Below the pieces are notes generated by a model. That model saw nothing but the letters and a program-made list of their open reading frames with translations, was not told the origin of the DNA and made no database searches. Made by a program: the position numbers and the translations under genes. From contig CAWJSJ010000002.1 in assembly GCA_963845565.1 (NCBI GenBank), forward strand, positions 1,184,001 through 1,248,000: a DNA stretch of 64,000 bases, given 5' to 3'. Shown one piece after another: positions 58,864 through 64,000 of this stretch (within the stretch, counting starts at the first letter, position 1; the number at the start of each line of letters is the position of its first letter). The DNA is from an uncultured Methylomirabilota bacterium. GTDB taxonomy: Bacteria; Methylomirabilota; Methylomirabilia; Methylomirabilales; 2-02-FULL-66-22.

Positions 58864-59232
58864 ATGGCCGAGGACAAGCCGAAATACTATTACCGGATCA
58901 AGGATGTGCCGCTGGTGCCGCTCACCGAGAAGGTCGGGACCCGGTTCATCAAGGGGGACAACGTTCTACTGAGCTTCATCGAGCAGCCTCCGGGGGCGAC
59001 GTTCGCGATCCACAGCCATCCGGTGGAGCAGATCCTGGTGATCCTGGAGGGCTCGGAGGAGCACGTCTGCGGGGACCAGAAGTTCCTGATGCAGGCGGGC
59101 GACGTGTGTATTCATCCCGCCAACGTACCCCATGGGGGAAGCACGCCGACGGGGTTCAAGGGGATCGACATCTTCATCCCGCCGCGGGCGGACTACCTGG
59201 AACTGATGAAGAAGCACGGTCTGCTCAAGTAA
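58864..59232 (+). CDS. cupin domain protein (KdgF-like)
   Basis: AAGGAGG RBS; HSHPVEQ, PANVPH, DIFIPPRADY. Confidence 0.88.
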   Translation: MAEDKPKYYYRIKDVPLVPLTEKVGTRFIKGDNVLLSFIEQPPGATFAIHSHPVEQILVILEGSEEHVCGDQKFLMQAGDVCIHPANVPHGGSTPTGFKGIDIFIPPRADYLELMKKHGLLK

Positions 59233-59280
59233 GCCGTTGTCAAAGAATTAGTTGAGCGGAGACATTCCGAAACGGCATAA

Positions 59281-59331
59281 GGAGCCGTAACGAAATAGAA
59301 AGAGATGTCTAGGTTATTTCGTAACGGCTCC
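59281..59331. mobile_element. 51-bp miniature inverted-repeat element with TAA target duplication
   Basis: TAA|GGAGCCGTAACGAAATA...TATTTCGTAACGGCTCC|TAA. Confidence 0.65.
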
Positions 59332-59380
59332 TAACGGACACGACGGCTGGAAGTCATCACGCACACAGGAGGCAGGCGTC

Positions 59381-60379
59381 ATGAAGACGGGTATGCGGAT
59401 TGCGGTCGTGGTGGGGCTGGCGCTCGCCCTTGGCCTCTGGGCCGGCGGCGCCCAGGCGCAAATGACGATGAAGTTCGCCCATTTCGCGGACGAAGGCCAT
59501 CCGGGCCATCTGGCCGCTAAACAGTTTTCCGCCGCCGTGGAGCAGCGGACCAAGGGGCAGATCAAGATCCAGATCTTCCCCAACAACGCGCTCGGCGCGC
59601 CGCCGGAGCAGGCCGAGCAGGTGAAGATGGGCGTCACGGACATGGGGCTGCCCACCCAGGGCCAGTTCGACAAGTGGATCAAGGCCTTTGGCGTGGTGAT
59701 GCTTCCGTTCGCCTATGACGACTGGGATCACGTGCATCGGACGTTGGACGGCCCCTGCTTCGACTGGTTCAAGCAACTGGCCGAAAAGGAGGGGTTCATC
59801 CTCCTGTCCAACTGGGAGTACGGCTTCCGGAACCTGACCAACAACAAGCGGCCCATCAACACGCCCGACGATGTGAAGGGGTTGAAGATCCGGGTTCCGC
59901 CCGAGATGCAGATGACAGCCGCCTTCCAGGCCATGGGGGCGGTCACCGCCACCATCGCCTTCCCTGAAGTGTACATGGCTCTGGCGCAGGGTGTGGCGGA
60001 CGGCCAAGAGAACCCCATCTCGGTCATCTACTTCATGAAGTTCTACGAGGTCCAGAAGCACCTGGCCGTCACGCGGCACATCTACAACAACATGATCCAC
60101 ACCATCAGCGCCAAGACCTGGGCCAAGCTCACCCCCGAGCAAAAGACCATCTTCCAGGAGGAGAGCACAAAGGCCGGGGCGTGGATGCGCCAGCAGGTGG
60201 TCGCTCAGGAGGAGGACCTGATCAAGAAGATGCAGGCGGCAGGAACGCAGGTGACCCGCCCCAACCTGGCCCTGTTCCGCGCGGCCATGAAGCCGGCCTA
60301 CGACAAGATCTCGGCCTATGCGGGTCAGGAAAACGCCAAGAGGTTCCTTGAGTACGTGGAGGCGGCCCGGAAGAAGTAG
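59381..60379 (+). CDS. dctP: TRAP substrate-binding protein
   Basis: signal peptide, YGFRNLTNNKRPI, GLKIRVP, GVADGQENP. Confidence 0.94.
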   Translation: MKTGMRIAVVVGLALALGLWAGGAQAQMTMKFAHFADEGHPGHLAAKQFSAAVEQRTKGQIKIQIFPNNALGAPPEQAEQVKMGVTDMGLPTQGQFDKWIKAFGVVMLPFAYDDWDHVHRTLDGPCFDWFKQLAEKEGFILLSNWEYGFRNLTNNKRPINTPDDVKGLKIRVPPEMQMTAAFQAMGAVTATIAFPEVYMALAQGVADGQENPISVIYFMKFYEVQKHLAVTRHIYNNMIHTISAKTWAKLTPEQKTIFQEESTKAGAWMRQQVVAQEEDLIKKMQAAGTQVTRPNLALFRAAMKPAYDKISAYAGQENAKRFLEYVEAARKK

Positions 60380-60413
60380 GCCGAAAGGGTTTCAGGCGAG
60401 GAGCGCGAGATTG

Positions 60414-61706
60414 ATGGTCACCGGTGCGATATTCGGGCTGCTGGTCCTACTGATGTTCTTGGGGGTTCCCATCGCGGTCAGCATGGCGCTGACAGCCATT
60501 CTGAGCTTTCTGATGCTGGGGGGCCCCGATTTACTCGTGATGGTTCCACAGCGAATGTACTCCGGGACAACCAGTTTCACGCTCCTTGCCATTCCCTTCT
60601 TTATTCTAGCCGGAAACCTGATGAACACGGGGGGAATCACGGTCCGCCTGATCCATTTCGCGCAGTGCCTGGTGGGGCATATCCGTGGGGGATTGGGTCA
60701 CGTGACCGTGGTGACCAACATGATCATGGCCGGGATGTCCGGCGCGGCCGTGGCGGATGCCGTCGGCACCGGGAACATCCTGATCCCGGCCATGGAGAAG
60801 GCCGGCTATCCGCGGGTGTTCTCGGCGGCACTGGTAGGCGCGGCGGCCACCATCGGCCCCATCATCCCACCCAGCATTCCCTTCGTGATCTTCGGCAGCA
60901 TGACTGGCACCTCGGTCGGCCGGCTGTTTCTGGGTGGCTTCCTGCCCGGGGTCCTGATGGGACTCCTCCTGATGATCACGGTGGCCATCCTTTCGAAGAA
61001 GCGCGGATATCCGCGGGAACGGCGCGCGACGCTTGGAGAGTTGGCGTGGGCCACGGTCCATGCGGCGCCCGCATGGGGCTCGCCGCTCATCATCATCGGG
61101 GGGATTCTGGCCGGCATCTTCACCCCCACAGAGGCGGCGGCCGTGGCAAGCATCTACGCGCTTCTGGTTGGCATGTTCGTCTATCGTGAGATCCGTCTGG
61201 CGGATCTTCCCCGGATCCTGTGGGAGACCGTTCGGAACTCCGTCCAGGTGATGTTCATCATCGCGTCCGCCAGCGTCTTCGGCTGGCTGCTGATCCAGCA
61301 GCAGGTGCCCACAAAAGTCGTCGAGGGATTGACGGCCCTGACGAATGAGCCCTGGCTGGTGCTCCTGATCGTCAATCTCATCCTGCTCCTGCTGGGCTGC
61401 TTCATGGAGGGGATCGCCATCATGCTGCTCACCATCCCCGTCTTCATGCCCCTGGTGGCGCGCGTGGGGGTGGATCCGGTGCACTTCGGGGTCCTGATGT
61501 CGCTGAACCTGATGATCGGCCTGCTTACCCCGCCGGTCGGGATGTGTCTGTACGCCGTTTCGAGCATCAGCAAGGTGCCGATCTGGCCGTTGGCGCGGGA
61601 ACTGGGGCCCTACATTGTGGCGCTCCTGGTCTGTCTGGGCCTGATCACCTATTTCCCCTGGATCGTCGTCTGGATCCCGAACCTGGTCATGGGGGCGTCG
61701 CGATGA
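60414..61706 (+). CDS. dctM: TRAP large permease
   Basis: LLAIPFFILAGNLM, IIPPSIP, FTPTEAA, LLTPPVG. Confidence 0.94.
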   Translation: MVTGAIFGLLVLLMFLGVPIAVSMALTAILSFLMLGGPDLLVMVPQRMYSGTTSFTLLAIPFFILAGNLMNTGGITVRLIHFAQCLVGHIRGGLGHVTVVTNMIMAGMSGAAVADAVGTGNILIPAMEKAGYPRVFSAALVGAAATIGPIIPPSIPFVIFGSMTGTSVGRLFLGGFLPGVLMGLLLMITVAILSKKRGYPRERRATLGELAWATVHAAPAWGSPLIIIGGILAGIFTPTEAAAVASIYALLVGMFVYREIRLADLPRILWETVRNSVQVMFIIASASVFGWLLIQQQVPTKVVEGLTALTNEPWLVLLIVNLILLLLGCFMEGIAIMLLTIPVFMPLVARVGVDPVHFGVLMSLNLMIGLLTPPVGMCLYAVSSISKVPIWPLARELGPYIVALLVCLGLITYFPWIVVWIPNLVMGASR

Positions 61707-62236
61707 GCCACGCAGCTAAGGCGTTGGGCGACAGCGGAGCGGCCCGGGCAGACCGTGCCCTGGATGCCGGCATGCGCTGGATGAGTTCCATCTGCCTGGT
61801 GATACTGCTTGCCATCGTGTCTCTCATGGTCCTCGTCCGGTTTTTCCCGGTCATGGCCCTGGGATGGGAAGACGAAGTGGTGGAACTGGCGTTTGCGTGG
61901 ATGATCTTCCTGGGCTCGGCCGCGGTCTGGCGGCGCCACGAGCACATCGTCATCGATTTCATTCCCCAGGCGCTGGCGGGTTCCCGGGCGGGCAGCGTGC
62001 TGGAGGTGGTCGTCGGTGCCCTGGTACTCGCCTTCCTGGGTGTGTACACCTGGTACGGCTGGCTCCTTACCATCCAGTCGCAGGGAAACACCTCACCGAT
62101 GCTCGTGCTGCCCAAGCCGCTCTGGTACGCAGCGGTTCCGGTGTCGGGACTTGTGATGATCGGGTACACGGTGGCTCGTCTGTGGCCAGTCATCGGGGCG
62201 TCCAGCGGAAAACGGGGGACACGCGAGGCGCGATGA
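61703..62236 (+). CDS. dctQ: TRAP small permease
   Basis: WEDEVVEL...WMIFLG...HI, SPML. Confidence 0.9.
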   Translation: MSHAAKALGDSGAARADRALDAGMRWMSSICLVILLAIVSLMVLVRFFPVMALGWEDEVVELAFAWMIFLGSAAVWRRHEHIVIDFIPQALAGSRAGSVLEVVVGALVLAFLGVYTWYGWLLTIQSQGNTSPMLVLPKPLWYAAVPVSGLVMIGYTVARLWPVIGASSGKRGTREAR

Positions 62237-62453
62237 AACCGGCGACGACCCGCGGCGCCTGAGCACCGACGGGAGGTCGGCGCGGCTCCGGAATAGGTTC
62301 TTGGTCTCGTACAAAGCGGAGAATGGCATAACCGATTCCCGGTCACCTGTGCCACGCTACGGACGAACCGATGAAGCCCGGGCAGGAGAGAGTCTGGAGA
62401 GTGGAGTGCATGCCGGAGACACGAGGTCTGGAGCGAATCGAAAGGAGGCAGTC

Positions 62454-63425
62454 ATGATGCGGAAGATCGGGTTCTTGGTGGTGGCCGTGCTCGCTGTGGC
62501 GCTTCTGGTCCCGGCGCCGGCGAAGGCGGCGTTCCCTGAGCGCGACATCACTCTGATCGTGCCGTGGGCGGCGGGGGGCGGGACGGACACGTTGGCCCGC
62601 ACACTGGTGAAGAACGGGAAGAAGTACTTCGGGGTCAACATCAACGTGCAGAACGTGACCGGCGGGACCGGCGTGATCGGCATGAACCAGGTGGCCCGGG
62701 CCAAGGCGGACGGCTACACGGTTGCCGTGATCACGTTCAACCTGAGCACCTACCGGCTGCTCGGGCAGTCTGAGTTGTCCTATCGCGACTTCGACCTCAT
62801 CGCCCTGCTCAACCGTAGCATCGCGGGCCTCACGGTGAAGGCCGACTCCCAGTTCAAGACCCTGAAGGACCTTGTGGATTACGCCAAGGCGAACCCAGGA
62901 GTGGTGACGGTAGGCCATTCGGGGCCGGCCGGCGCCTGGCATCTGGCGGCTGTGGCCATTGCCCAAGATCAAGGCCTGAAGTTTACCCTCGTCCCCTTTG
63001 ACGGCGCGGCGCCGACTCGCACGGCCCTGGTGGGAGGGCACATCACGGTCTGCTCCAGCGGGATGGATGAGGTGCTCCAGTTCTACCAGACCAAGCAGGT
63101 GCGGATCCTGGCGGCCAACGCCCCGAACCGACACCCGGCCTTCCCGGACGTGCCGACGATGGCGGAGGCGGGGTTCCCAATCAAGAATATGATCTTCGAC
63201 TGGCGCGGTCTAGCCACCGCCAAGGGGACGCCGCCCGAGGCCCTGAAGGTCCTGCGCGAGGGCTTCCAGAAGGCCGCGGAGGACCCGGAGTACATCGCCC
63301 TGATGGACAAGCTGGCCCTGCCGCGGACCTTCCTGGGGTCCGACAAGTTCGAGGAGTTCCTGGCTGGTATGGAAAAGAGCCTGGAGCCGACGCTGGACTT
63401 GGTCGGCCTGCTGAAGAAGAAGTAG
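62454..63425 (+). CDS. tctC: tripartite tricarboxylate transporter (Bug) substrate-binding protein
   Basis: FPERDITLIVPWAAGGGTD, ADGYT, PDVPT, WRG. Confidence 0.92.
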   Translation: MMRKIGFLVVAVLAVALLVPAPAKAAFPERDITLIVPWAAGGGTDTLARTLVKNGKKYFGVNINVQNVTGGTGVIGMNQVARAKADGYTVAVITFNLSTYRLLGQSELSYRDFDLIALLNRSIAGLTVKADSQFKTLKDLVDYAKANPGVVTVGHSGPAGAWHLAAVAIAQDQGLKFTLVPFDGAAPTRTALVGGHITVCSSGMDEVLQFYQTKQVRILAANAPNRHPAFPDVPTMAEAGFPIKNMIFDWRGLATAKGTPPEALKVLREGFQKAAEDPEYIALMDKLALPRTFLGSDKFEEFLAGMEKSLEPTLDLVGLLKKK

Positions 63426-63509
63426 CCCCTGTCCTCCCGGTTGGGTCCGGAGGCGCCCCGCGGCCGACGGTCGCGGGGCGCCCTATGCCTGGCCAGGAAT
63501 GGAGTCGGC

Positions 63510-63971
63510 ATGCCGCTCGTATCCATGAAGAAGGTCGACATCATCTCTGCGCTCTGCGTCATTCCCATCTGCGTTTACGTCTTCTATGAATCCGGACGGT
63601 GGCCGATTCTCCCCGACCTGGGCAATCCGGCTTGGATCCCGCGCGGGGTGGCGGCCGTGTTGCTTGGGGCCGCGCTGCTCTTGCTGGGCAAAGCGCTCAC
63701 GGGTCGCTCGCTCACCCTGCCGGGGCGGCTGGAGGGGGCGGACCGCGCTCGCGTCCTCTCGGTCGCTGCCCTGACCGGCGTTTACGTGGTGATCATCGAG
63801 CGCCTGGGATTCATGACGGCGACCGCCCCCTACCTGTTTGGTTTTAGCCTGGCCCTGGGCGAGCGGCGCTGGTCGCGTCTGATCCTCTTTGCCGTGGTGG
63901 TACCAGTGACGACGTATGTCGTCTTCGATCGTTTGCTCAACGTGCCACTCCCGCGCGGCCTGTTCCGCTAG
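63510..63971 (+). CDS. tctB: tripartite tricarboxylate transporter small membrane protein
   Basis: 4 TM, LNVPLPRG; follows tctC; an ATG at 63993 probably starts tctA. Confidence 0.85.
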   Translation: MPLVSMKKVDIISALCVIPICVYVFYESGRWPILPDLGNPAWIPRGVAAVLLGAALLLLGKALTGRSLTLPGRLEGADRARVLSVAALTGVYVVIIERLGFMTATAPYLFGFSLALGERRWSRLILFAVVVPVTTYVVFDRLLNVPLPRGLFR

Positions 63972-64000
63972 CGGGGCGGGAGAGTCTGACTCATGGTCGA

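Noticed and set aside
58153..59232. Apparent IclR effector domain-cupin fusion
   Set aside because: It results from IclR frameshifts and an open GC-rich frame; the cupin has its own AAGGAGG and ATG at 58864.
1..64000. tRNA, rRNA, prophage, defence or reverse-transcriptase genes
   Set aside because: No recognisable signatures found by eye; small ncRNAs cannot be excluded without a covariance-model search.

Overview
High-GC bacterial chromosome segment, densely packed with catabolic and transport genes. No rRNA, tRNA, CRISPR array, prophage or intact transposase was seen. Main blocks: (1) AmmeMemoRadiSam radical SAM gene; (2) Na+-pumping acyl-CoA decarboxylase operon (mmdA-D-C-B type); (3) sugar catabolism cluster with an internally deleted ROK kinase; (4) Thermotoga-type inositol/inosose pathway (iolM, two iolN paralogs, iolO-like), divergent from an IolE-like gene and a split transketolase; (5) MBL-hydrolase-PilZ fusion, dhaKL-like kinase, SDR, QueG/RdhA-like Fe-S protein with a flavoprotein, DHDPS-family lyase with IclR; (6) zwf, then GntR-TRAP-aminotransferase-deacylase-ABC-carbamate kinase; (7) GntR-tctCBA-citrate lyase cluster with a DUF296/PPC gene between citD and citE; (8) CUT1 ABC, IclR, cupin, TRAP and TTT transporters. 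The clearest non-genic signal is a dispersed 123-155 bp palindromic repeat with 5 copies. It has terminal inverted repeats and internal stems with compensatory base changes, and every copy sits at a gene 3' end. Also seen: a 51-bp mini-MITE with a TAA duplication, and mosaics of 6/7/9-bp tandem repeats in the iol spacers. Several genes carry single-base frameshifts that look like sequencing indels. All protein family calls come from motif recognition, not database searches.
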